The notes under the pieces are model-generated. The model saw only the letters and a program-made list of their open reading frames with translations. It searched no databases and was not told the origin of the DNA. From a virus: a stretch of DNA of 64,000 bases. The stretch lies in the IMG/VR virus record IMGVR_UViG_3300044844_000928. One strand, 5' to 3'. The translations under genes were made by a program, and so were the position numbers. Positions 40,444 to 49,428 of the stretch are shown one piece after another. Each line of letters opens with the position of its first letter. The stretch's first letter is position 1.

Positions 40444-42237
40444 ATGCGAATTGAAGATATTATTATTTCTAATCTGATTTACAATGAAGAGTTTACTAGA
40501 AAAACCTTACCTTTCATTAAAAAAGAATATTTTACCGATAGGATGGAATCTATTCTTGTTAACGAAATTGGCGAATACTTTACCAAGTTCAATAAGATTA
40601 TTACACCACAGATTCTTGATATTGAAATCAGAAACAGAACTGACATCAATGATAAAGAATTAACTGAGTTAACGGCGCTTGCTTCTAAAATTGAACAAAA
40701 AGATATTAATGATGAATGGTTATTACTTGAAACTGAAAAATTCTGTAAAGATAAAGCAGTTTATGGTGCCATATTACATTCTATTAAGATTATTGAGGGC
40801 AAGGATAAACAGTTCCGTGAAGATGCTATTCCGTCTATATTATCTGACGCATTAGCGGTATCTTTTGATACAAATGTTGGTCATGATTACATTTTAGATT
40901 ACTCTGAACGATACGACCATTATCATAACGTTGAAACTAAAATTCCGTTTGACTTAGAGTTGATGAATAAAATTACGGGCGGCGGGTTAAGCCTTAAAAC
41001 GTTAAATTGTTTCTTAGCAGGTTGCGTTCATCCTGATACGTCTATTTCAGTTAGGATTACCAGTAAACAGGGTTGGGTAGCTGAAAAGCATATTGCGATT
41101 GGTGATGTTAAAGATTTGTTATTAGATTATAAAATAGAGGTAACATCTCCAGATGGTTGGGTTAACGTATCGAATTTTGTGGATAAAGGTTTTTGGGATG
41201 AGTATGTCCTTACGTTATCTAACGGCGATACTGTTAGATGTAATGAGATTCATTTGTTTGAAACTCAGGCAGGTTGGTATTATGCTAAAGACCTTGTAGA
41301 CCAAACAGTAAACTTTCATACAGATAAAGGTTTAGTCAGCGGCTATATTGTTGAAACTGGTGAGTTGATTCCTATCGTTGATATTACGGTTGACCATGAT
41401 AACCATAGGTACTATACAAATGGGGTTTCTTCTCATAACACGGGCGTTGGTAAATCTTTAGCGATGTGTCATATTGCGGCGGCTACTATGGCGCAGGGTA
41501 AAAATGTTCTATATATTACAATGGAAATGTCTGAAGAACGTATTGCTGAGCGTATCGATGCTAATCTTTTGAATATTCCTATTACAGAGTTGAAAACTGT
41601 TGAACGACCTGTATTTGAAACTAGGATTCAAAGGTTGATGGAAAAGACGACCGGTAAATTAATCATCAAAGAATATCCGACGTCATCAGCTCATGCTGGT
41701 CATTTTAGAGTTTTGCTTGAGGAGTTAAAGGGTAAAAAGAACTTCAAGCCTGACCTCATCTGTATAGATTATTTGAATATTTGTGCGTCTCAAAGAATGA
41801 AATACGGTAGCGGTGTTAATTCTTATATGTTGATTAAATCTATTGCTGAAGAGTTGCGCGGGTTGGCGGTAGAGTATAATGTTCCGGTTGTCACCGCGAC
41901 TCAGCCTAATCGTGAAGGGCAGACTTCTACCGATATGGATTTAACTAATGTCAGTGAATCTATAGGTATCGCCCATACGTTAGATTTATTCATAGGCTTA
42001 ATGTCTACTGAAGAGTTAGAAGAAATGGGTCAGATTATGGTTAAGCAGTTGAAAAATAGATATAATGACATTTCCTATTATAAGCGTTTCACTATCGGTA
42101 TAGATAGAAGTAAGATGAGATTGTTTGATGTTGAAAGCTCTGCTCAGCATAATATATCCGGCGCGGGTACTGTTGATACAAATAACGGCTTTCAAACTAA
42201 AACTAAACGAATTGAAACGAATGGATTCAAATTTTAG
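40444..42237 (+). CDS. replicative helicase gp41 (DnaB family) containing a mini-intein
   Basis: E.FCKDKA.Y, GHDY, LAG|intein|TGVGKS, YITMEMSE, IDYLNIC, KQLKNRY. Confidence 0.97.
   Translation: MRIEDIIISNLIYNEEFTRKTLPFIKKEYFTDRMESILVNEIGEYFTKFNKIITPQILDIEIRNRTDINDKELTELTALASKIEQKDINDEWLLLETEKFCKDKAVYGAILHSIKIIEGKDKQFREDAIPSILSDALAVSFDTNVGHDYILDYSERYDHYHNVETKIPFDLELMNKITGGGLSLKTLNCFLAGCVHPDTSISVRITSKQGWVAEKHIAIGDVKDLLLDYKIEVTSPDGWVNVSNFVDKGFWDEYVLTLSNGDTVRCNEIHLFETQAGWYYAKDLVDQTVNFHTDKGLVSGYIVETGELIPIVDITVDHDNHRYYTNGVSSHNTGVGKSLAMCHIAAATMAQGKNVLYITMEMSEERIAERIDANLLNIPITELKTVERPVFETRIQRLMEKTTGKLIIKEYPTSSAHAGHFRVLLEELKGKKNFKPDLICIDYLNICASQRMKYGSGVNSYMLIKSIAEELRGLAVEYNVPVVTATQPNREGQTSTDMDLTNVSESIGIAHTLDLFIGLMSTEELEEMGQIMVKQLKNRYNDISYYKRFTIGIDRSKMRLFDVESSAQHNISGAGTVDTNNGFQTKTKRIETNGFKF
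41023..41439 (+). mobile_element. 139-aa cis mini-intein in the gp41 Walker A motif
   Basis: Starts CVHPDT; block B CNE.HLF; ends IVDITV..D.HRYYTNGVSSHN|T; no endonuclease domain. Confidence 0.93.
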
Positions 42238-42304
42238 TCTAAATACCTTTACTTTGAAACGGGTTTAAAGTATAATTATTATTTTTATAAGAGGAATTTG
42301 AATT

Positions 42305-43711
42305 ATGGCTAATGTTATTGTTGCCAAATCTAAACTAGATTGTGAGCACCTATTGGGTAGATTTCTTGATGAATCTCATTACGATATTTTGGTTGAAGAA
42401 GATACCGACTGTTATATGCCTGCTATGTGTGATTTATCTACACAGGTAGATTGTGAATCAGATTGTAGCTCATGCGATAAAGGTCAAGACGAACTGCGTA
42501 TTGCGTTCAAATTTAGAAAAAACTTCTTCAGTAAAGAAGAGCACGACTGGGCGTATGAGGGGTTAAAAGATGCTGCCACTGTATCTAATAACAGAGGTCT
42601 TGCCGCCGGTACGTTTCAAGATACAGGTAATATTGATGGTACATTTAGCGATAACTCTGGTCGTATTAGGGTTAAGCCTAAAGAACATGCTATTTTAGAT
42701 TACTTCATTAATCCTATTGACGATTTGTATAATGAAGGTGATGAGTTTGATAAAATCAAAAATGCTCATTATGTTGATAATGAAATTCGTTGCCAGGTTT
42801 GGTTGCCTTCTAAATTACCTGAAGGATTTAATTTTGATGAGTGGGCTGAAGCGACTTCTAAGTTACCGCGTGAAGCGGCTAAAGCTGAAGCTGAAATGGT
42901 TGCTAAAGAATTCATTTCTAGTACAAACTATGCTGTTCCATGTAATTCTGGTGTAGCAGGTTGGTTTGATAGATACCCTAGAATTCCATATGGTAGACCA
43001 ACATCATATACAAATTATCAGTTTGATAAATTCAAAAAATGTTTCCCTTTTATCCAGTCTTTGAACAAAGGGTTTAAAACCTTATTGCCATGGCGCTGGG
43101 GTAATCAAAAAGCGGCAGCTGATAAAATTGATGAAAAGTTTTTGGTTCCAGGCACGGTATTTACTACATTAACAGTGAATAATACCTTTAGAACGGCGGC
43201 TCATTATGACGCCGGCGATTTGAATGAAGGCTTATCTAATTTACTAGTGTTATCTGTTAATGATAACTATTCTGGCGGCTATCTAGTATTTCCAGAATAC
43301 AGAATCGCGGTTAGCGTTAGACCTCTAGATTTGTTACTTGTTAATAATCATGAAGTTATGCATGGTAACACGCCTATCGTTAAAAATGACGACTTAGCTG
43401 AGCGAGTTTCTATTATTTGTTACTTCAGAGAAAATATGTTAAACTTAGGTTCTTACGACTACGAAGATTGCCGGTTCAATTTCGTTGAATCTAGAAAAAA
43501 TGACCCAGACCATAAAGACCAACGGTTTAGATGGAACGGTATTACTCCAGGAATGTGGGCTGACCATGAATCTAAAGATGGTGATTATTCTAAAGCTAAA
43601 GAATGGTACGATTATCTAAAGGCTCAGCCTAATGGAAATGAATGGTTAGATAAGTATCACCCTTGGCTTAAAAACGCCTATGAAAGTGTGTCATTAGAGG
43701 AATTCTTTTAA
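42305..43711 (+). CDS. TET/JBP-family 2OG-Fe(II) dioxygenase
   Basis: FTTLTVN..FRTAAHYDAGD (HxD), GGYLVFPEY, HEVMHGNTPI (H), RVSIICYFRE (R); C-terminal SLEEFF. Confidence 0.85.
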   Translation: MANVIVAKSKLDCEHLLGRFLDESHYDILVEEDTDCYMPAMCDLSTQVDCESDCSSCDKGQDELRIAFKFRKNFFSKEEHDWAYEGLKDAATVSNNRGLAAGTFQDTGNIDGTFSDNSGRIRVKPKEHAILDYFINPIDDLYNEGDEFDKIKNAHYVDNEIRCQVWLPSKLPEGFNFDEWAEATSKLPREAAKAEAEMVAKEFISSTNYAVPCNSGVAGWFDRYPRIPYGRPTSYTNYQFDKFKKCFPFIQSLNKGFKTLLPWRWGNQKAAADKIDEKFLVPGTVFTTLTVNNTFRTAAHYDAGDLNEGLSNLLVLSVNDNYSGGYLVFPEYRIAVSVRPLDLLLVNNHEVMHGNTPIVKNDDLAERVSIICYFRENMLNLGSYDYEDCRFNFVESRKNDPDHKDQRFRWNGITPGMWADHESKDGDYSKAKEWYDYLKAQPNGNEWLDKYHPWLKNAYESVSLEEFF

Positions 43712-44910
43712 TGAATTTATATGAATTAGACTTAGATTTATCATCGTACAAGGATGTACGATTACCACAAAATAGACTTGAAGCTTTTAGACGAGTTGCT
43801 GTCACTAGAATGTATGAAGGAGATTTAGACCATTGGCATTCTGGTTTAGTTATTTCCGATATGATGGGGTTAACTAAAGACCAAAAAGCTTTGTATTGTT
43901 TGGTATTTGGACAATCATACCGTAACCACTGGGCAATGATTGTACTCCAGCAGTTTCCTGACTTACTGAATACAAAACATGAACATATAGTTGAGTGGCA
44001 CGATGTTAACTGGAAACGAGCATTTTATGCTAAAGACGCAAAATGGAATTTAAGAAAATTTCCTGATTATGTGAAGTCGATTAAAGCGACAATAGGAAAC
44101 GACTCCCCATATGATTACCTTGAGCGGGTATCCACTGTCGGTAATACGGCAGAAAACTTTTACTCCTTGAATAAATCTTTACAAAGTATGTATTCTATAG
44201 GAAGAATGACTGCGTGGTTAGCACAACAGACTGTATATGAATTTTTCGATTTTGACGTCGACCACTGGGATCTACAGTTGTATTCTGATACATGGAGTCA
44301 ATATGATTCTTTGTGTTACTTATTCAATAGAGAAGATATAGCGACTAAGAGAAATGGAGTGAAGGTTAAACCTGCTAAGTCAGAAATAAATTTGATGGAA
44401 ACGAATTTCCAGTATTTGATGGAATACATCAACAGCAACTCTAACATAAAATTAGATGTCTATAATATTGAATCATGTTTATGTGAGTTCAGAAAAACCG
44501 CAGGTGCTGGTGGAAGAAAGCCTAAAGAATTTACAGGATGGACAACTAACGAACTTGCTGATCAATATGATGCGTTATCTTCTGCGTGGGAAGAAATTGA
44601 CTGGAAACCTTATATTGCTGGGTTGATGACTAAAGGCAAAAACTTCACTGATTTTTCTTTAAATGAAGAATATTTCACTGTGATGAAAAATTATGGACTA
44701 AATTTGAATATGCATCTGTACTACAATGATGAACCTGATGTACATAAATTATTGTCACTGGAAAAATTTAAAACAAATAGCATGAAAAAACTGGATTCGG
44801 ATTGGGTTGAGTTGTTCAGCGAAACAGAAAGAGATATGTTAAAAGTTAAGTTTGACCCAACGCTATTTTTAAGAAAACAAAATATTGTTGATACATGCTT
44901 TACTTTATAA
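43711..44910 (+). CDS. aGPT-PPlase2 / amino-acid:DNA transferase-like protein (HhH glycosylase fold)
   Basis: W...N.....Y..D.KW; YSIGRMTAW (HhH); YNIESCLCEFRK; translationally coupled to the dioxygenase. Confidence 0.75.
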   Translation: MNLYELDLDLSSYKDVRLPQNRLEAFRRVAVTRMYEGDLDHWHSGLVISDMMGLTKDQKALYCLVFGQSYRNHWAMIVLQQFPDLLNTKHEHIVEWHDVNWKRAFYAKDAKWNLRKFPDYVKSIKATIGNDSPYDYLERVSTVGNTAENFYSLNKSLQSMYSIGRMTAWLAQQTVYEFFDFDVDHWDLQLYSDTWSQYDSLCYLFNREDIATKRNGVKVKPAKSEINLMETNFQYLMEYINSNSNIKLDVYNIESCLCEFRKTAGAGGRKPKEFTGWTTNELADQYDALSSAWEEIDWKPYIAGLMTKGKNFTDFSLNEEYFTVMKNYGLNLNMHLYYNDEPDVHKLLSLEKFKTNSMKKLDSDWVELFSETERDMLKVKFDPTLFLRKQNIVDTCFTL

Positions 44911-44951
44911 AGAAAATCATTTATAATATTATTTTTATTTAGGAAAAACAA

Positions 44952-46244
44952 ATGTCAAAAATACGAGTAGCATTAGTGGGTGTTGGTTCTTGCGCTAAAT
45001 CTTTGGTGGAAGGCGTCCAATACTACATAGAAAATCAAAATGATACAGTCGGTTTAATGTATCCAGATATCGGTGGCTATACCGTTAACAATATCGAATT
45101 CGTGTGTGGGTTTGATGTTGATATTCGTAAAGTTAACCTACCACTAAAAGAAGCATTAAGAGCAAATCCAAATTGCTCTATGGATCATGTTAATGAAATT
45201 TCAGACGCATGTGTACCAAAAGGCGCTATCGTTTATTCTGGTCCGGAGTTAGATGGTGTGGCTCCTCATATGTTAGACTATCCAGAAAACGTTTCGTTTA
45301 GAACCGGCGCTATTCCGGCTGAATCTTTTCAACGTGTTGTTGAATTGTTAAAATACCATAAAGTTGATGCCGTCGTTAACTATCTTCCAGTAGGCTCTCA
45401 CGAAGCAAGCAAATTCTATATCGATGCGGCGGTTAAAGCTGGCTGTCATTTTGTTAACTGTATTCCTACATTTATTTCTACTGAAGAAGCTCAACTTGTT
45501 GAACAAAAGTTTATTGACGCAGGGTTGACTATTGTTGGTTCTGATATGCGTTCTGGGTTCGGTGCTTCACGTTTATCTGAGATTTTACAAGGCGGTATGC
45601 TTGACGCGGGATTATTAGTTACTCAACATATCCAAATGAATATGGCGGCTGGCACTACGCAAGGTCAAGAAAATATCCGTACCGGTAGAACAGCCAACAC
45701 CGATTTCTTAAATATGGCTAAAACTGACCGATTAGAATCTAAACATATTTCTAAAGAAAATGTATTGAAAGGTCAAAATAGTGTTCGAAATACTTCTATT
45801 GATGGAATGACTTTATATGCTGGTCCATCTTTAACAGTTATTCAAAAACCAGGAGGAACTTATGTCGGTTCTGATAATAAAATTGCCAATATTGATATTG
45901 TAGCTTACGGGTTTGCCGGTGCTAGATATGAATTAACTGCTAGATTATCAGTTCAAGATTCTCCTAATTCCGGTGCGGTTGTTGTATCTGCTATTAGATT
46001 TTGTAAAGTGGCTGCTGAGTTAGGTATCGTTGGGTTCTTACGCGGTGCTTCTCATATTACGCAAAAAACGCCGCCGGTTCAAATGAAAATTGAAGATGCT
46101 AAATTTGAGTGTGACGCATTAGCAAGACGTATTGTTACGCCTATGACTGAATCTCAATTGAAAGAAAATAACCCAATTGCTAAAAATTTACCTTATACAT
46201 TCCAAAAAGCGGTAAACGACTATGCAACTAATTCTCCACGATAA
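44952..46244 (+). CDS. ino1: myo-inositol-1-phosphate synthase
   Basis: IRVALVGVGSCA.SLV.GV.YY; FDVD..KV; VNYLPVGS; FVNCIP; NTDFLNM....RLESK.ISK; DSPNS..VV..AIR..K.A. Confidence 0.93.
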   Translation: MSKIRVALVGVGSCAKSLVEGVQYYIENQNDTVGLMYPDIGGYTVNNIEFVCGFDVDIRKVNLPLKEALRANPNCSMDHVNEISDACVPKGAIVYSGPELDGVAPHMLDYPENVSFRTGAIPAESFQRVVELLKYHKVDAVVNYLPVGSHEASKFYIDAAVKAGCHFVNCIPTFISTEEAQLVEQKFIDAGLTIVGSDMRSGFGASRLSEILQGGMLDAGLLVTQHIQMNMAAGTTQGQENIRTGRTANTDFLNMAKTDRLESKHISKENVLKGQNSVRNTSIDGMTLYAGPSLTVIQKPGGTYVGSDNKIANIDIVAYGFAGARYELTARLSVQDSPNSGAVVVSAIRFCKVAAELGIVGFLRGASHITQKTPPVQMKIEDAKFECDALARRIVTPMTESQLKENNPIAKNLPYTFQKAVNDYATNSPR

Positions 46245-46247
46245 ACT

Positions 46248-47510
46248 ATGACTAAAAAATTAAAAATTGGAATTTTGATTACAAACGATGTGACAATGGA
46301 CGGTAAAATCATGTCGGAGTTTCTGTACTTCAATGCTGTGTACGAAAAACAGAAACAGTACACACCAGACCTTATTGTTGATTTGATAACCTTATCAAAA
46401 AACAGTTTGCGTCTGGTTGAACGGTACGATGTCGCATCATTAGAGGGTGATAGTTGTTTTGATTTTCCTCATAAAACAATTTTGGTGACTGATGATATTG
46501 GTATCGAACGTGTTTCCGACGAATATGATATATTGATAACAACCAGAAATTATGGTGTTATTTTCGGTGGTATGTTAAGCGGTAGATCTATCTTACAATA
46601 TAAACTTTCTAATATGTTTAGCAGAAAAAATAAGCCTGTTATGATACGGGTTACTGATTCTGAAGATGTCGCATGTGATTACTTAAAACTTGCTATGTTA
46701 AATATAGACGGCATGGAAAAAAATATTAAAGATAAAAACCCAGAAGCATATGAGCAGGCTAAAACATTTGTCGAAACTCAACAATTTATAGATTACAATA
46801 ATGTCTATTGGTTAGCTAATGGTTCGCCTAAAATAAACTGGTTATATGATACTGTGCTCAATAAAAAATCAGCTGGTCCATTAGCCGGCTTGGTTTCAGA
46901 AGATGTGGTAAAACGCAACACAATATACCTTTCCGATGATATTTTTTTCCTTGTTAAAGAAAACCATAGCAAATATGGTTATCTGGATAAAACTGTTCCT
47001 AAAAATAATTCGTTTTGTTTTATAGGCTTTTTGAGTGGAATTAACAAAACGCGGTTGAAAGTTTTTAATAATTTACTAAAGGAAAATCCTGCTAATTTGC
47101 CACCGATACATTTCTTTGGTGATGTTGACAAGTTATCTTCTGATATTCCTGTTGTTGATATAGAACAAGGTAGCATATTGGGCAACTCCCCAGAATATTT
47201 TGAATTTATTAATAATCACCTTGCATATTTGTTTGTAGGTAAAGGCAGAGAGAATATTTCTTATGTTGGTAAAACCTGCTATGATTCCCTTGTCGCAAGA
47301 ACACCAATAGTTGTGTATTCAAAATGTGATGTCGATAGGGTTATGTTCCCTAATAATCCAGAATTCTATTTCGATAATGTTACAGAGTTAGCCGCTATGT
47401 ATGAATTACTTCAAGATAACATAGTTAGATCTAAATGGGTCGATATTCAAACTAAAGTTATCTTCAAAGAATTAGACGTTGAGCCTGTAGATTTTTCTTT
47501 ACTTTGTTAG
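46248..47510 (+). CDS. GT-B glycosyltransferase resembling T4 DNA beta-glucosyltransferase
   Basis: C-terminal IHFFG, YLFVG......V....YD.L.....V.....D.......FYFDNVTEL......LQ....R.....IQ parallels the T4 BGT C-domain as recalled; N-terminal FGG and TD motifs. Confidence 0.7.
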   Translation: MTKKLKIGILITNDVTMDGKIMSEFLYFNAVYEKQKQYTPDLIVDLITLSKNSLRLVERYDVASLEGDSCFDFPHKTILVTDDIGIERVSDEYDILITTRNYGVIFGGMLSGRSILQYKLSNMFSRKNKPVMIRVTDSEDVACDYLKLAMLNIDGMEKNIKDKNPEAYEQAKTFVETQQFIDYNNVYWLANGSPKINWLYDTVLNKKSAGPLAGLVSEDVVKRNTIYLSDDIFFLVKENHSKYGYLDKTVPKNNSFCFIGFLSGINKTRLKVFNNLLKENPANLPPIHFFGDVDKLSSDIPVVDIEQGSILGNSPEYFEFINNHLAYLFVGKGRENISYVGKTCYDSLVARTPIVVYSKCDVDRVMFPNNPEFYFDNVTELAAMYELLQDNIVRSKWVDIQTKVIFKELDVEPVDFSLLC

Positions 47511-47558
47511 ATAATTAAGTTATAATTGAATAGTAAAATTAACTTTAGGGTATTATGA

Positions 47559-47939
47559 ATGCAAATTAACACTTTTGATATTGATGGCGTTATTTATATG
47601 GGCAAAGGGTTACGCGGTGTTAGACCTGACCCAGATGATATTATTATAACAGGTAGATCTATAGAAGAAACGCGGGCAACGCTAACTATGTTACATCAAC
47701 GCGGTATTTATAATCAAGTCTTCTTTAATCCTATTCGATATCATGAAAAAACTCGCGTTAGTTCTGGTTTACATAAGGCTAGAACTATCGAAATGCTGAT
47801 CGAGTCTGGTTATGATATTCAGTTTCATTTTGAGGACGATCCTATTCAAATAGAAACCTTAAGAAATTACTGTAAAAAAGTACATGTTATTGCTATAGAT
47901 TCCCCTACTGAAAAAGAAAACGTGAGAGCTGAATTATGA
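47559..47939 (+). CDS. minimal HAD-family phosphatase
   Basis: FDIDGV, ITGR, K, HFEDD. Confidence 0.85.
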   Translation: MQINTFDIDGVIYMGKGLRGVRPDPDDIIITGRSIEETRATLTMLHQRGIYNQVFFNPIRYHEKTRVSSGLHKARTIEMLIESGYDIQFHFEDDPIQIETLRNYCKKVHVIAIDSPTEKENVRAEL

Positions 47940-48481
47940 GAAAAATTATTGCTGTTTGTGGTGTCCCTGGAACCGGTAAAACTACTTTGTTTCGTGAGTT
48001 TATGAAAAACTATACTTGGGAGCGGCGCGAAGAAGCTAAACTTGTTTCGTCAGAATATTGTAAAGATTTGAATTTACATATCCTAGGAAAGTATGACGAA
48101 GGTGAAGTATTTGCCGGCACGGACAAGTTGAGCCTTGCTGTCCAACCAGAATTTATAAAATGGTTAGAATCTTCAGATACCAATGTTTTATGGGAAGGAG
48201 ATAGGTTGACTAGCGCAAAACTTTTTGAATTCTGCGCTAATATGAAAGGAGTAGATTTTGAAATTATAGTCTTAAAATGTCCAGATGAAACTTTAAAGGA
48301 AAGATATGGTGAGCGTGGTTCTGAACAATCAGAAACGTTTTTAGCTGGTAGGTACACTAAGATATCTAATATTGAATCTAATTTTGATTTGATGTCAAAT
48401 GTAACTGTCTATAAAAATTCTTCTAAGGAAGAACAAGCTGTACTTTTAAGTAAATTAAATTCTTCCTTTGTTAATCTATAA
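47936..48481 (+). CDS. P-loop nucleotide/DNA kinase
   Basis: CGVPGTGKTT; LGKY......GTD.LS; EGDRL; RY.ERGS.Q...F. Confidence 0.85.
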   Translation: MRKIIAVCGVPGTGKTTLFREFMKNYTWERREEAKLVSSEYCKDLNLHILGKYDEGEVFAGTDKLSLAVQPEFIKWLESSDTNVLWEGDRLTSAKLFEFCANMKGVDFEIIVLKCPDETLKERYGERGSEQSETFLAGRYTKISNIESNFDLMSNVTVYKNSSKEEQAVLLSKLNSSFVNL

Positions 48482-49323
48482 AAATCTGGCTTATTAGGGT
48501 TAGCAAGCGCCTTTCCTATATTTATTTTTATGTTATTGTTTTTATACCATAAAGAAGCTGCTGAAATTGATTCAAATATCATACCCTGACAATAGACCGG
48601 TTTTTTTGACGCATTAATTGCAATGTTTATACTATAGTCAATTTGTTCCTTTGTACGGCGCTTATTTGCTTCAGCAACAGCTTTTTTTTGTTTATCTGAT
48701 GTTGGTTTCCCTACTCTAGTGACTCTTAGCTTTTCTATGTGTTCTTTTGTCTGCTTTTTTCCTTTACAGGGACTTGGTTTTTGTATCCAAGTCCCATTAA
48801 GCACATTTGGGTCATTTTTATCTACTCTACCCAAATATTCCCCAGTTTTAGCATCCAATGCTAATATTTTACCCAATAATGCTTCTCTACGTTTTATTTT
48901 AACACTTTCTTTTTTTGATGGATTATTTTCTGTCATTTGTTTGGAAGTGCGAACAGAATTATCTAATTTTAATTTTTCATAAATTTTTGAATTAATACGG
49001 GTATAATCTCTTTGTTGGTTTGAAGAACCAACATTATTCATTTTTACAAATCCTTTTATTTGACTTCCTCCATACGCTTTCCATAATATCCAATGTAACA
49101 AATAATGCTGTCTAGCTGTGACTATCAATTTATTCCATGCAAACATTTTTAAATTTGCATATTCAGGAAAAAGATCCTTTGCTCGAGGGCAAATATGGTG
49201 GTTTTCTGTGTAAACAAAATCATCAATTTTCTGTGTTTTGAACGATTCAATTAAAGTGTAGTATCTGTTGATGTAGTGCTGTGAATGTGGTTTTGACTGT
49301 AAAACCGCTAAAATATCTACCAT
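48409..49323 (-). mobile_element. free-standing HNH homing endonuclease (Mob-like) with NUMOD-type tail
   Basis: YTENHHICPR...N.....TARQHYLLH.ILWK; overlaps the 3' end of the kinase gene by 73 nt. Confidence 0.88.
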
Positions 49324-49326
49324 GGC

Positions 49327-49395
49327 AAAATCTCTATTGGTTAAAATATTATTTAGTTGTAATTATATATGACTGTTCAACCAAGAAAAGATTTT
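49327..49395 (-). promoter_or_regulatory. RBS-occluding hairpin with a late promoter in its loop
   Basis: Minus strand: aaaatct.ttc.ttggttgaa pairs with tttaaccaa.t.agagatttt; CTAAATA lies between the arms. Confidence 0.7.
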
Positions 49396-49428
49396 AAACT
49401 TCATTAATAGTAAATTTGCGTGATGAAT

